Positions 39,665 to 50,080 of a DNA stretch of 64,000 nt are shown piece by piece. The stretch comes from a bacterium (GTDB lineage Bacteria; Desulfobacterota_D; UBA1144). Made by a program: the position numbers and the translations under genes. A model generated the notes under the pieces. That model was not told where the DNA came from. It did not search any database and saw nothing but the letters and a program-made list of their open reading frames with translations. The first letter of the stretch is position 1, and each line of letters starts with the position of its first letter. The stretch spans positions 24,702 to 88,701 of the forward strand of contig JABILG010000018.1 of NCBI GenBank assembly GCA_018654605.1, in the 5' to 3' direction.

Positions 39665-41425
39665 ATGAAAACTAGTTTTAGAACAGATTATTGTGCAACT
39701 TTTAATGAAACCCTCGAAGGGAATTCTATTACAATTTCTGGATGGTGCTCTTCAATTAGAGATCATGGAGGAGTAATATTTATTGACCTACGAGACAAGT
39801 CTGGAATAATCCAAATCGTATCAGATCCAAATAACTCTCCAGAAGTACACAAAACAATAGAAACGATAAGAAATGAATATGTCATACAAATTTCGGGTAT
39901 TGTTCGTCTTAGAACTGAAGGGACCATTAACGAAAATCTTGATACCGGTAAAATTGAAGTTTTAATAAATTCAGTTGAAGTTCTTAACTCTTCTGTACCT
40001 CTTCCTTTTCAAATTGAAGAAGAGATAAATGCAGATGAGAATGTTAGACTAAGGTATAGATATTTAGACCTAAGAAGACCCAACATTAGTAACAATTTTA
40101 TTCTAAAGAGTAAGACAATGATGATAACTAGGAACTTTTTTGATAAAAAGGGTTTTGTAGATATCGAGACGCCATACTTAACCAAATCCAGTCCAGAAGG
40201 GGCTCGTGACTATCTCGTACCAAGTCGTGTTCATCAAAGTTCTTTTTTTGCATTACCTCAATCACCGCAAATATTAAAACAAATTTTGATGACATCGGGC
40301 TTTGACAGATATTATCAAATCGTTAGATGTTTTAGAGATGAAGACTTAAGAGCAGACAGACAACCCGAGTTTACTCAAATTGATATGGAAATGTCATTTG
40401 TTAATGAAGATGATGTAATCGAGATTATCGAAGAACTAATAATTAAAATTTTTAAGGAAATTAAAGGAATTTCTTTAAGCTCTGGCTTTAAGCGCATCTC
40501 ATACCAAGAAAGCATGGATAGATTTGGAAATGATAGACCTGATCTTAGATTTGGTCTTGAGCTTCAAACAATTACAGACATTTTTAAGAATACAGATTTT
40601 AAAGTTTTCAAAGGAGTCATAGAGAGTGAAGGTGTTATAAAATGCATCAAAGTGAAAGATGCAACCATGACAAGGAAAAATATTGATGAGTTAACTTTTT
40701 TTGCTCAGGAACAAGGAGCAAAAGGTTTAGCTTGGATTAAAGTCTTAGATTCAGAACTTCAATCGCCTATATTAAAATTCTTTTCAGAAGAGGAAATAAG
40801 TTCATTGAAAAGTCAGCTCAAATTAAAGGTTGGGGATATTATTTTCTTTGGAGCAGGAGACGAAGAAGTAGTTAATAATTACATGTCTGCTGTTAGGAGC
40901 AAGTTAGGTAAAGATTTGGGCTTAATAAAGTCAGATTCATATGAATTTGTGTGGATTACAGACTTCCCCTTATTCTTAAAAATCGACAACAAGGTTACTT
41001 CAACTCATCATCCATTTACAATGCCTAAGCATGAATCTATCGACGAAAAGAATTTGACCGGAATAGAATCTAAAGCCTACGATATAGTCCTCAATGGAAC
41101 TGAAATTGGTGGCGGAAGCATTAGGATTCATAAGAAGGATCTCCAGGAAAAAGTTTTCGAGCTTTTAGGTATATCTAAGGATGAATACCAGGAAAACTTT
41201 GGCTACCTCTTGAATGCATTAGAGTCTGGAACACCTCCTCATGGGGGTCTGGCAATTGGGTTAGATAGATTAATGATGTATCTAACTGATTCTCCTTCAA
41301 TTAGAGATATTATTGCTTTCCCTAAGACGCAAAAGGCTTCATGTCTATTAACAGAAGCACCTTCCAAGGTCTTCTCTGACAAACAACTAACTGAATTGGG
41401 AATTAAGTTACTAGAAGAAGATTAA
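39665..41425 (+). CDS. aspS: aspartate--tRNA ligase
   Basis: 586 aa, bacterial-type AspRS (FRDEDLRADRQPEFTQIDME, GGGSIRIH). Confidence 0.9.
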   Translation: MKTSFRTDYCATFNETLEGNSITISGWCSSIRDHGGVIFIDLRDKSGIIQIVSDPNNSPEVHKTIETIRNEYVIQISGIVRLRTEGTINENLDTGKIEVLINSVEVLNSSVPLPFQIEEEINADENVRLRYRYLDLRRPNISNNFILKSKTMMITRNFFDKKGFVDIETPYLTKSSPEGARDYLVPSRVHQSSFFALPQSPQILKQILMTSGFDRYYQIVRCFRDEDLRADRQPEFTQIDMEMSFVNEDDVIEIIEELIIKIFKEIKGISLSSGFKRISYQESMDRFGNDRPDLRFGLELQTITDIFKNTDFKVFKGVIESEGVIKCIKVKDATMTRKNIDELTFFAQEQGAKGLAWIKVLDSELQSPILKFFSEEEISSLKSQLKLKVGDIIFFGAGDEEVVNNYMSAVRSKLGKDLGLIKSDSYEFVWITDFPLFLKIDNKVTSTHHPFTMPKHESIDEKNLTGIESKAYDIVLNGTEIGGGSIRIHKKDLQEKVFELLGISKDEYQENFGYLLNALESGTPPHGGLAIGLDRLMMYLTDSPSIRDIIAFPKTQKASCLLTEAPSKVFSDKQLTELGIKLLEED

Positions 41426-41426
41426 T

Positions 41427-42704
41427 CTAAGTGTATCGACCATAAGCTTTACCATTCTCGACTCTATCAATTATTAAGTTTAGTAATTCGCCAGGTCTGG
41501 CTAACGAAACCTTTTCAATATTCACATCAATGTAATTCCTAGTCCGAGCATGGTTATTTTTCTCCACAATGGCGGGAAGCCTTTTACCTATGAACTTGGA
41601 GTAGAAACTTAACTTCTTTCTTTCACTAAGCTCTCGTAAAACTTTAGATCTTGCTTTCTTCAGTTCAGCAGCAACTTTATCATTCCTGGCTGAGGCTTTT
41701 GTACCACGCCTATCTGAATAAGGAAATACGTGAAGATAATCAAGCTGAGAATCTTTAATGTAGCTATAAGTTTCATTAAATAAATCCTCGGTTTCACCCG
41801 GAAATCCAGCAATAATGTCAGTTCCAATACAAGATAGTTTTATATTGTCCTTTATTAACTTTAAAATATTTGTAAATCTTTCTATTTTATATCTTCTTTT
41901 CATTAATCTTAGAATATACGGTGATCCACTTTGAAGTGATATGTGAAAAGAAGGGCATACTTTTTTAGACTCAGAAAAGAAGTGAATTAACTCTTCGCTA
42001 GTATCCGCAGGATCAATTGAACTAAGTCTTATATTCGTGACATCTACTCTATTCTCAACTTCCTTAAGAAGTTCTAACAAACTTGAGCCAATATCTAAAC
42101 CATAACTCGAAAGATGGATTCCAGAAAGAACAACTTCATTATATCCCAACTTTGACAAATCATTTATCTTTCCTATGACAGAATCAACTTCCATACTTCT
42201 CGACTTCCCACGAGCGAAGGGGATAATACAAAAAGAACATCTAAAGTTGCAGCCATCTTGAACAGACAAAAAAGCCCTGGATCTCTGCTCCTTTTGATTA
42301 ATTTTAAAATCATCAAATTTTTCAATATCAAAAATGTCTGATATTATTTTCTTCTTAATTATAGGTGAAGATAGAACTTTAGGTATTAAATATTTATTAG
42401 CATTATCTACTATAAAGTCTACTTCTTGTATTAACTCTAGAGATTCAGGATTTGTTTGTGCAAGGCAGCCCGTTACTAAAATCTTGCAATTAGGATTATT
42501 CTTTTTTAATCTTCTAATATCACTAACAATCTGAGCATCTGAGTTATTTGTAACAGTGCAAGTGTTGATAATGCACATATCAGATAAATTATTATCATTT
42601 GTAATTGTAAAATTACTTGAAAGAGATGATACAATCCTATCTGTATCAAACTGATTTACCTTGCACCCATAAGTGAGGAAGCTAATTCTCTCTACAGACT
42701 TCAT
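41427..42704 (-). CDS. mtaB: radical-SAM methylthiotransferase, MtaB-like (tRNA ms2t6A) / MiaB-RimO family
   Basis: 425 aa. The N-terminal MTTase domain (FLTYGCKVNQFDTD) is followed by a radical-SAM CxxxCxxC (CNFRCSFC). Confidence 0.65.
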   Translation of the reverse strand: MKSVERISFLTYGCKVNQFDTDRIVSSLSSNFTITNDNNLSDMCIINTCTVTNNSDAQIVSDIRRLKKNNPNCKILVTGCLAQTNPESLELIQEVDFIVDNANKYLIPKVLSSPIIKKKIISDIFDIEKFDDFKINQKEQRSRAFLSVQDGCNFRCSFCIIPFARGKSRSMEVDSVIGKINDLSKLGYNEVVLSGIHLSSYGLDIGSSLLELLKEVENRVDVTNIRLSSIDPADTSEELIHFFSESKKVCPSFHISLQSGSPYILRLMKRRYKIERFTNILKLIKDNIKLSCIGTDIIAGFPGETEDLFNETYSYIKDSQLDYLHVFPYSDRRGTKASARNDKVAAELKKARSKVLRELSERKKLSFYSKFIGKRLPAIVEKNNHARTRNYIDVNIEKVSLARPGELLNLIIDRVENGKAYGRYT

Positions 42705-43761
42705 CTATCCATCCTCCGCCGAGAACTTTATCTTCTTCATAAAACACGATTGCCTGGCCTGGAGTGATTGACCTTTGAGCTTCGTCAAATGAAACATGCA
42801 GTCTATCGTCTATAAATCTTATACTAGCTGTTGACTCAGGACTCCTGTATCTAATTTTAGCCTCAATCTTCTTCTCTATTAATTGATTCGGATCAACTGT
42901 CCAATTAAGATTGTTAGCAAATAAAACTTTTGAATACAAATCATCTTTATCACCGACTATGACGTCATTATTTTGGAAATCTATACTTACCACATAGAGC
43001 GCCTTTAATGAATTTAGTCCTAACTTCTTCCTCTGGCCTATTGTAAAATTATGTATTCCTGAATGAATTCCAAGAACTTCTCCATTCAACGATCTTATAT
43101 AGCCAAGCTTGGGGCTAAAACCGGGTAAATTTTTTTCCACAAAACCTCTATAGTCTTTAGCTATAAAACAAACATCCTGACTATCTTTTTTTGATGCAAC
43201 ACTTAGCTCAAAACCTTCAGAGATTTCTCTGACTTCTTTTTTAGTTAGGGCACCTAAGGGAAACATTAGTCTTGATAGCTCTTTTTGGCTTAAAGTAAAA
43301 AGAAAATATGATTGATCCTTGAATTTATCCTTTCCTTTTTCAAGAAAGAAAATACCGTTATTATTTTTAGAAATTTTTGCATAATGACCTGTTGCTAAAA
43401 AGTCAGCACCCATCTCTAATGATTTATTTAATAAAAAATTAAATTTCATATGCTCGTTGCACATTATACAGGGGTTCGGAGTTTGTCCACAATAATATTT
43501 ATCTATGAAATCTTTTACTACATATTTTTGGAAATCTTCTTTATAGTCAACAACTGTATGTTCAATTCCAATCTGATTTGCTGCCTGTCTTGCATCAAAA
43601 ACATCACTCAGAGAACAACAACCAGATTCCTCTTCGGCATAGTCCCAAAGTTGCATAGTTATGCCTGAAACATCATACCCCTGTTCTTTTAATAAAGCCG
43701 CTGTAGTTGAACTGTCAACTCCTCCACTCATTGCAACTATTACTTTTTTTTTCATCTCCAT
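42682..43761 (-). CDS. mnmA: tRNA-specific 2-thiouridylase
   Basis: 359 aa with the PP-loop (VAMSGGVDSS). Confidence 0.85.
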   Translation of the reverse strand: MEMKKKVIVAMSGGVDSSTTAALLKEQGYDVSGITMQLWDYAEEESGCCSLSDVFDARQAANQIGIEHTVVDYKEDFQKYVVKDFIDKYYCGQTPNPCIMCNEHMKFNFLLNKSLEMGADFLATGHYAKISKNNNGIFFLEKGKDKFKDQSYFLFTLSQKELSRLMFPLGALTKKEVREISEGFELSVASKKDSQDVCFIAKDYRGFVEKNLPGFSPKLGYIRSLNGEVLGIHSGIHNFTIGQRKKLGLNSLKALYVVSIDFQNNDVIVGDKDDLYSKVLFANNLNWTVDPNQLIEKKIEAKIRYRSPESTASIRFIDDRLHVSFDEAQRSITPGQAIVFYEEDKVLGGGWIDEVCREN

Positions 43762-43829
43762 TACTTTACCAGAATGAATTTGAAAATCTAAAGTGAATTA
43801 ATAAAATTCATTATGTATTATAAGAATCT

Positions 43830-46025
43830 ATGGATAACCTTGCTTTTGCTTTAGAGAACGGATTAACAAGAAAGGAATTTAAACTTATAGTTGATAAATT
43901 AAAAAGAGAGCCAAATAAGAATGAAATTGGAGTGATAGCTGCTATGTGGTCAGAACACTGTTCTTATAAAAGTTCTAAATTTTATTTAAAAAAATTGCCT
44001 ACTAAAGGTAAATGTGTAATCCAAGGTCCTGGAGAAAACGCAGGGGTAATAGATATAGGGGATAACCAGTGCTTAGTATTTAAAATTGAAAGTCACAATC
44101 ACCCATCTTTTATTGAGCCATATCAAGGAGCAGCAACTGGAGTAGGAGGAATTCTTCGTGATATTTTTACAATGGGTGCAAGACCAATTGCTCTAATGAA
44201 TTCTCTTAGATTTGGTAATCCTAAAAAGAAAGATACTAAGAGAGTTGTAAATGGTGTCGTAAGTGGAATAGCAGGCTATGGAAACTGTATGGGGATTCCT
44301 ACTGTTGGTGGAGAAGTTTATTTTGATGATTGCTATAATGGGAATCCTCTTGTGAATGCATTTGCAATCGGAATAGCTAAAAAAGATAAGATCTTTAAGG
44401 GCTTAGCTGATGGACCTGGCAATCCTGTCTTTTATCTTGGAGCAAAAACAGGAAGAGATGGCGTCAAGGGAGCGATTATGGCATCTGACATATTCGAATC
44501 TCAAGAAGATCTTGACCGTCCAACAGTTCAGATTGGTGACCCTTTTAAAGAAAAATTATTATTAGAAGCTTGTTTAGAGATGTTTAAACTTAAAGGCATA
44601 GTTGGGATTCAGGATATGGGTGCGGCTGGGCTAACATCATCAGCATCAGAAATGGCATCGAGGTCTAACAACGGAATCATGTTAGACTTAGATAAGATTC
44701 CGAAAAGGGATTCTAATATCACACCTTATGAGATGCTTCTTTCAGAATCTCAAGAACGAATGCTTCTAGTATTAGACAATAAAAATAATAATAGAATCAA
44801 AACTATCTTCAAAAAGTGGGGTCTTGATTCTAGTAAAATCGGAGAAGTAATAAGAAAAAGAAATTTCATCATTAAAAGCAACAAAAAAGTTGTAGTAGAT
44901 ATACCAGTTTCTATATTAACGGACGACTGTCCTATCTATCAGAGGAAAATTAAAAAACCTAGGAGTTTAAGGGGTGTGAATAAATTAGTAAATGATGATA
45001 TTTGTAAGATCAAATTTGATTCAGAGACCCTTTTAAAGAAACTTTTAAAAGATGAAAATATTTGCTCCAGGGAATGGGTGTTTAATCAATTTGATTATAT
45101 GGTTGGAACCAATACTTTAGTCCGTCCTGGCTCTGACTCAGCAATAATTAGAATTAAGGGCACCAAGAAAGCCATAGCTCTAACAACAAATTGCAATCCT
45201 AACTATTGTGAGCTTGATCCATCAATTGGTGCATCTATAGCAGTTGCCGAATCAACAAGGAACATAATAGCAAGTGGGGGGAAACCTCTAGCTATAACGA
45301 ATTGTCTCAACTTCGGAAATCCTGAAAAGCCTGAGATTATGTGGCAATTCGCAGAGGCTATAAATGGACTTTCAAAAGCCTCAAAAACTTTCAACACTCC
45401 TGTAGTTAGTGGAAATGTAAGCTTGTACAATGAAACTTACAAAAAAGCTATCAAACCTACTCCTACAATAAGTATGGTGGGACTCGTCGAAGATTATAAA
45501 TTAATCAAGAAACAATGGTTTAAGAACGAAGGAGATGATATAATTCTAATCGGTAGGATTAAAAATGACTTTGGTGGCTCACAAGTACTAAAATATTTGA
45601 ACTTAAAGAAAAAAGTAGTATCCCCTCCTGAATTTAAATTAGATACCCACTTAAAAATTAATCAATTTATATACAAAATAATTAGAAAGTTTAATATAAG
45701 CTCAGTTCACGATATATCAGAGGGTGGCTTGATGATTGCACTATCAGAATCTTGCTTCAACCCTAAGCAAAATATCGGAGCAAAGATTAATTTAAAATCT
45801 ACAGGGTTAAAGCATGAATTAAGCTTATTTGCTGAGTCTCAAGGGTGTTATTTAATAAGTTCACCTAAAGATCAGACAAAAAAGATTAAGACATTCGGTA
45901 CAAAGAATAATATTAATGTTAAGGTAATTGGAGAAGTTGGTGGAGACTCTTTGATTTTAGAAAACAGTTTTAGTATTAAAATCAACAATTTATTTAAAAT
46001 TTGGAAAAATGGATTCCCTAATTAA
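43830..46025 (+). CDS. purL: phosphoribosylformylglycinamidine synthase subunit PurL (small-type)
   Basis: 731 aa. Confidence 0.85.
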   Translation: MDNLAFALENGLTRKEFKLIVDKLKREPNKNEIGVIAAMWSEHCSYKSSKFYLKKLPTKGKCVIQGPGENAGVIDIGDNQCLVFKIESHNHPSFIEPYQGAATGVGGILRDIFTMGARPIALMNSLRFGNPKKKDTKRVVNGVVSGIAGYGNCMGIPTVGGEVYFDDCYNGNPLVNAFAIGIAKKDKIFKGLADGPGNPVFYLGAKTGRDGVKGAIMASDIFESQEDLDRPTVQIGDPFKEKLLLEACLEMFKLKGIVGIQDMGAAGLTSSASEMASRSNNGIMLDLDKIPKRDSNITPYEMLLSESQERMLLVLDNKNNNRIKTIFKKWGLDSSKIGEVIRKRNFIIKSNKKVVVDIPVSILTDDCPIYQRKIKKPRSLRGVNKLVNDDICKIKFDSETLLKKLLKDENICSREWVFNQFDYMVGTNTLVRPGSDSAIIRIKGTKKAIALTTNCNPNYCELDPSIGASIAVAESTRNIIASGGKPLAITNCLNFGNPEKPEIMWQFAEAINGLSKASKTFNTPVVSGNVSLYNETYKKAIKPTPTISMVGLVEDYKLIKKQWFKNEGDDIILIGRIKNDFGGSQVLKYLNLKKKVVSPPEFKLDTHLKINQFIYKIIRKFNISSVHDISEGGLMIALSESCFNPKQNIGAKINLKSTGLKHELSLFAESQGCYLISSPKDQTKKIKTFGTKNNINVKVIGEVGGDSLILENSFSIKINNLFKIWKNGFPN

Positions 46026-47404
46026 TGGATAAGCTGAAAGAAGAATGTGGTGTTTTTGGTATTTTCAATACAGATGAAGCTGCTTTGTTGACCACTTTAG
46101 GGCTTCATGCCTTGCAACACAGAGGAAAGGAAGGTGTTGGAATTGTTACCTTTGATGGTACCAACTTTAATGGTGTTAGAGAGCAAGGGTTAGTTGGTAA
46201 AACTTTTAATAAACCTGAGACAATTGCAAAACTTCCTGGCAAGAACGCAGTTGGACATGTTAGGTACTCAACTACTGGTGCTTCTGTTTCAAAAAATATA
46301 CAACCACTTTTTGCAGATTTAGCTGCTGGGGGTTTTGCATGTGCTCACAATGGCAACCTTGTAAATGCAGCAAGAATAAGAAAACAACTCATCGGTGACG
46401 GTGCAATTTTTCAATCGACTTCAGACACTGAAACCATTTTACAGCTTGTAGCACGCTCAAGAAAGAAGCTTATAAAAGACAAGCTTATTGACGCACTTCA
46501 TGAGATAAAAGGAGCATATTCACTCGTTATTCTTACCAATAAGAAGCTAATTGGAGTTAGAGATCCTTACGGTATCAGACCTTTGGTTTTAGGAGATTTA
46601 AATGGTTCACCAGTTCTAGCATCAGAAACTTGTGCTTTTGATATAATTGGAGCTAAATATGTTAGAGACGTAGAAAACGGAGAAATAGTTATTATTACTA
46701 AGAATGGAATTGAAAGCATAAAGCCCTTCCTTAAACTTAAAGAAAGACCTTGTATCTTTGAAAGAATCTACTTCGCTAGACCTGATAGTATTATGGACGG
46801 GAAAACAGTCTATACTTATAGAAAAAATCTTGGGAAACAGTTAGCGATTGAAAATAAGATTAAAGCTGATGTTGTAGTTCCTGTTTTAGACTCTGGTGTT
46901 TCGGCTGGTCTAGGATTCTCACAAAAGTCTGGGATACCGCTAGAGTTAGGAATCATCAGGAGTCACTATGTTGGAAGAACTTTTATTGAACCCACGCAAA
47001 GCATAAGGCAACTAGGTGTTAAACTAAAACATAGCGTCAATAAGTCTTGCATTGAGAACAAAAGAGTTGTGCTCATAGACGACTCTATAGTTAGAGGTAC
47101 CACAGCAAAAAAAATAGTTAAAATGATATTTGACGCTGGTGCAAAAGAAGTACATTTAGGTATCGGATGTCCACCCATAACCCATCCAGATTTTTATGGT
47201 ATAGATACACCAAATTACAAAGAACTTATAGCTTCAAAAAATACCTTAAAGGAAATGACTAAGGTTATTGGTGCAACCTCCATATTCTTTTTGTCTTTAG
47301 AAGGTACTTATAAGGCAATGGGATACAAAAGCAGGAATCCCAAGACCCCACAGTTTACAGATCATTGTTTTACAGGAGACTACCCGGTTAGCTTAGAAGA
47401 CTAA
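46025..47404 (+). CDS. purF: amidophosphoribosyltransferase
   Basis: 459 aa with the propeptide MDKLKEE followed by the CGVFGI nucleophile. Confidence 0.9.
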   Translation: MDKLKEECGVFGIFNTDEAALLTTLGLHALQHRGKEGVGIVTFDGTNFNGVREQGLVGKTFNKPETIAKLPGKNAVGHVRYSTTGASVSKNIQPLFADLAAGGFACAHNGNLVNAARIRKQLIGDGAIFQSTSDTETILQLVARSRKKLIKDKLIDALHEIKGAYSLVILTNKKLIGVRDPYGIRPLVLGDLNGSPVLASETCAFDIIGAKYVRDVENGEIVIITKNGIESIKPFLKLKERPCIFERIYFARPDSIMDGKTVYTYRKNLGKQLAIENKIKADVVVPVLDSGVSAGLGFSQKSGIPLELGIIRSHYVGRTFIEPTQSIRQLGVKLKHSVNKSCIENKRVVLIDDSIVRGTTAKKIVKMIFDAGAKEVHLGIGCPPITHPDFYGIDTPNYKELIASKNTLKEMTKVIGATSIFFLSLEGTYKAMGYKSRNPKTPQFTDHCFTGDYPVSLED

Positions 47405-47444
47405 CAAGAAAACGTTTAAATTTAAATACTAAAAAATACAATTC

Positions 47445-50078
47445 TTACGATAGTTGAGATATCAAACTCTTTATATCATCTATAGAAGCAGCTACATTAT
47501 CAGCCTTCTGTTTTTCTTCCTTCACTACATGCTGTGGAGCTGACTTCAAAAACCCATTATTTTTGAGTTTGGATTCTGAAAGATTGTAAATTCTTTCTAA
47601 TGATACAAGATCCTTCTTTAACTTTTTTATTTGATTAGAGAAATCTACATCTGATTCTTTTAAGAAAGAAACAGATCCAGAAGGTGTTAAGTTCGAGATA
47701 AGATTACTAGTAGTATCCTGATCTACTTTAGTAAATGACTTTAAATTACACAAACTCTCTATTAATGTTTTATTTTTTGATAAAAAATCTTCCATACAAT
47801 TATTGTTATTATAAAAGCAAACAATTTTATCACTTGGATTAATAAGTAGATTCTTTCTCAATGATCTAATACCAATAGTAAAATCTTTAATCAATTGAAC
47901 TTCTTTATCAAAATCTCCTGAGTATTTAATAGTTAACTTCTCAGGTAAAGTGGTAAATTTTTTATTTAATGCATCTTTTGCGAAATTATCTTTGAGTTCC
48001 AATGCAATAAAAGGAGCGAATGGATAAAGTAAATTTAAATATCGGTAAAAAATATCCCTCATTCTGATTTTAGTGTGAGATGAGAAAGTATCTTTACTTC
48101 TACTAAAAGAAATCTTAGCTATTTCAATATACCAGTCGCAAAAATCATCCCAAAAAAAATGATACAACTCAAAAGAGGCCTTTTCTATTTCACAATTATC
48201 AATATGAGTTTTATATCTATCTAGTAGATTATTAAATCTACTAGAAATCCATGCATCATAAAAAGAAATATTCGCTAATTTAGACTGAGTATCTTCCTTA
48301 TTAAGATCGATAAATTTGGCAGCATTCCAAATCTTATTCATAAAATTCTTGTAAGGTTCAAGAGAATTAGGGGAAAGTTTAATATCACTGTGAGGAGAAA
48401 TATTTGAGGACAGGAAAAATCTTAGTGCATCTGTCCCATATTCAGTAATTAAATCTAAAGGATCAATTACATTACCCTTAGTTTTACTCATTTTTTGACC
48501 CTTTTTATCCCTTATTAAATTATGAATATAAACAACTTCAAATGGTACTTTCCCTGTTAATTCTAGTGACATCATAATCATTCTTGCGACCCAAAAGAAT
48601 ATTATATCAAAGCCTGTCACTAAAAGAGAAGTAGGAAAATATTTCTTATACTCAGAGGTCACTTCAGGCCAACCTAGTGTAGCAAAAGGCCATAAAGAGG
48701 ATGAAAACCAAGTATCTAGTACATCATTTTCTTGATATAATTCTTTTTCTTCATTGTATTTTGCTAGAAATTTTTCTTTAGCCATGGATAAATCTTTAGC
48801 AGCAACTGATCTTCCATCATCTGAGTGCCATACAGGTATTCTATGACCCCAAATTATTTGTCTTGATATACACCAGGGTTGTATTTTATTCATCCATTCA
48901 TAAAAGGTATTTTCCCAAAATTTGGGTTTAAACTTTACCTTTCCATCCTGAACTACCTTTAATGATTTATTAGCCATTTCTTTAACGTCCAAGAACCATT
49001 GATTCTTAAGTAAAGGCTCAATTATCTCACCGGATCTATCGCCAATAGGTATTGCATTGTTAACTTTTTCTTCTTTTACAAAGACTCCTATTTCGTTCAT
49101 AAATTCGATAACTTTTTCTCGACCCTTTAAGACTGACAAATTCCTAAATTGTTCGGGAACATAGTCATTTAATGTTCCATCATCATTTAGAATATTTATA
49201 ATTGGTAAATTATATTTCTTTCCTATTTTATAATCATTAAAATCATGGGCTGGTGTGATTTTCACTACTCCTGAGCCCTTGGTCATATCAGCATACTCAT
49301 CACTAATAATTTTTAAGATATTTCCATTAAAAGGACTTAGAATTTCTTTTCCAACTAAATCTTTATTTATTTCATCGTTGGGATTAACTATTACAGCTAC
49401 ATCTCCAAAGACTGTCTCCGGTCTTGTCGTAGAGACTGTTATAAATGATGCTGAGTCTTTAACTGGGTATTTAAAAAAGAAGAGACTACTCTTTCTATTC
49501 TCTGAAATTACTTCCAAGTCAGATATTGCAGTCTTAAGCTTAGTATCCCAATTTATTAAAGTTTGTTCTTGATAAATCAGTCCTTTATCATAAAGCCTGA
49601 TAAATGCTTCCTCTACAGCATTGGTCATATCTTCATCTAAAGTAAATTTTGGATTTTCCCAATTGCAACTGAGGCCTAAAGTCTTTAGCTGATTTAAAAT
49701 GTCTTCACCGTTTTCATCTTTCCACTTCCAAATATGTTGAAGCAATTCTTCTCTACTAATTTCTTTAGGATTAATTCCTTTTTTAGATAAATTTTTTTCA
49801 ACGAGTAACTGTGTTGCTATCCCAGCGTGATCTGTGCCAAGTGACCATGTAGTCTCCGCTCCATTTAAGGAGTAAAACTTCATAAGAATGTCTTGAATTG
49901 TAGTATTTAAAGCATGTCCAAGATGCAGGTTCCCCGTAACATTAGGTGGCGGTATAGCCATAGAATAAGTAAATCTTTGATTGTTCTCAGAATCGTTTAC
50001 TACTACTTGTTCAGCCCACTTGTCTTCTATTGTTTTTGGAGAGTATTTTTGAGATAAAAAATCGCTACTATCAGTCAT
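47445..50078 (-). CDS. valS: valine--tRNA ligase
   Basis: 877 aa, class I aaRS (PPPNVTGNLHLGHA; KMSKTKGNVIDP). Confidence 0.85.
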   Translation of the reverse strand: MTDSSDFLSQKYSPKTIEDKWAEQVVVNDSENNQRFTYSMAIPPPNVTGNLHLGHALNTTIQDILMKFYSLNGAETTWSLGTDHAGIATQLLVEKNLSKKGINPKEISREELLQHIWKWKDENGEDILNQLKTLGLSCNWENPKFTLDEDMTNAVEEAFIRLYDKGLIYQEQTLINWDTKLKTAISDLEVISENRKSSLFFFKYPVKDSASFITVSTTRPETVFGDVAVIVNPNDEINKDLVGKEILSPFNGNILKIISDEYADMTKGSGVVKITPAHDFNDYKIGKKYNLPIINILNDDGTLNDYVPEQFRNLSVLKGREKVIEFMNEIGVFVKEEKVNNAIPIGDRSGEIIEPLLKNQWFLDVKEMANKSLKVVQDGKVKFKPKFWENTFYEWMNKIQPWCISRQIIWGHRIPVWHSDDGRSVAAKDLSMAKEKFLAKYNEEKELYQENDVLDTWFSSSLWPFATLGWPEVTSEYKKYFPTSLLVTGFDIIFFWVARMIMMSLELTGKVPFEVVYIHNLIRDKKGQKMSKTKGNVIDPLDLITEYGTDALRFFLSSNISPHSDIKLSPNSLEPYKNFMNKIWNAAKFIDLNKEDTQSKLANISFYDAWISSRFNNLLDRYKTHIDNCEIEKASFELYHFFWDDFCDWYIEIAKISFSRSKDTFSSHTKIRMRDIFYRYLNLLYPFAPFIALELKDNFAKDALNKKFTTLPEKLTIKYSGDFDKEVQLIKDFTIGIRSLRKNLLINPSDKIVCFYNNNNCMEDFLSKNKTLIESLCNLKSFTKVDQDTTSNLISNLTPSGSVSFLKESDVDFSNQIKKLKKDLVSLERIYNLSESKLKNNGFLKSAPQHVVKEEKQKADNVAASIDDIKSLISQLS

Positions 50079-50080
50079 TT

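Noticed and set aside
47405-47444. TTTAAATTTAAA palindrome between purF and valS as a bidirectional terminator
   Set aside because: The stem would be AT-only with no GC clamp or clear U-tract, so it is thermodynamically weak. It is mentioned only as the sole structure in the gap and not listed as a feature.
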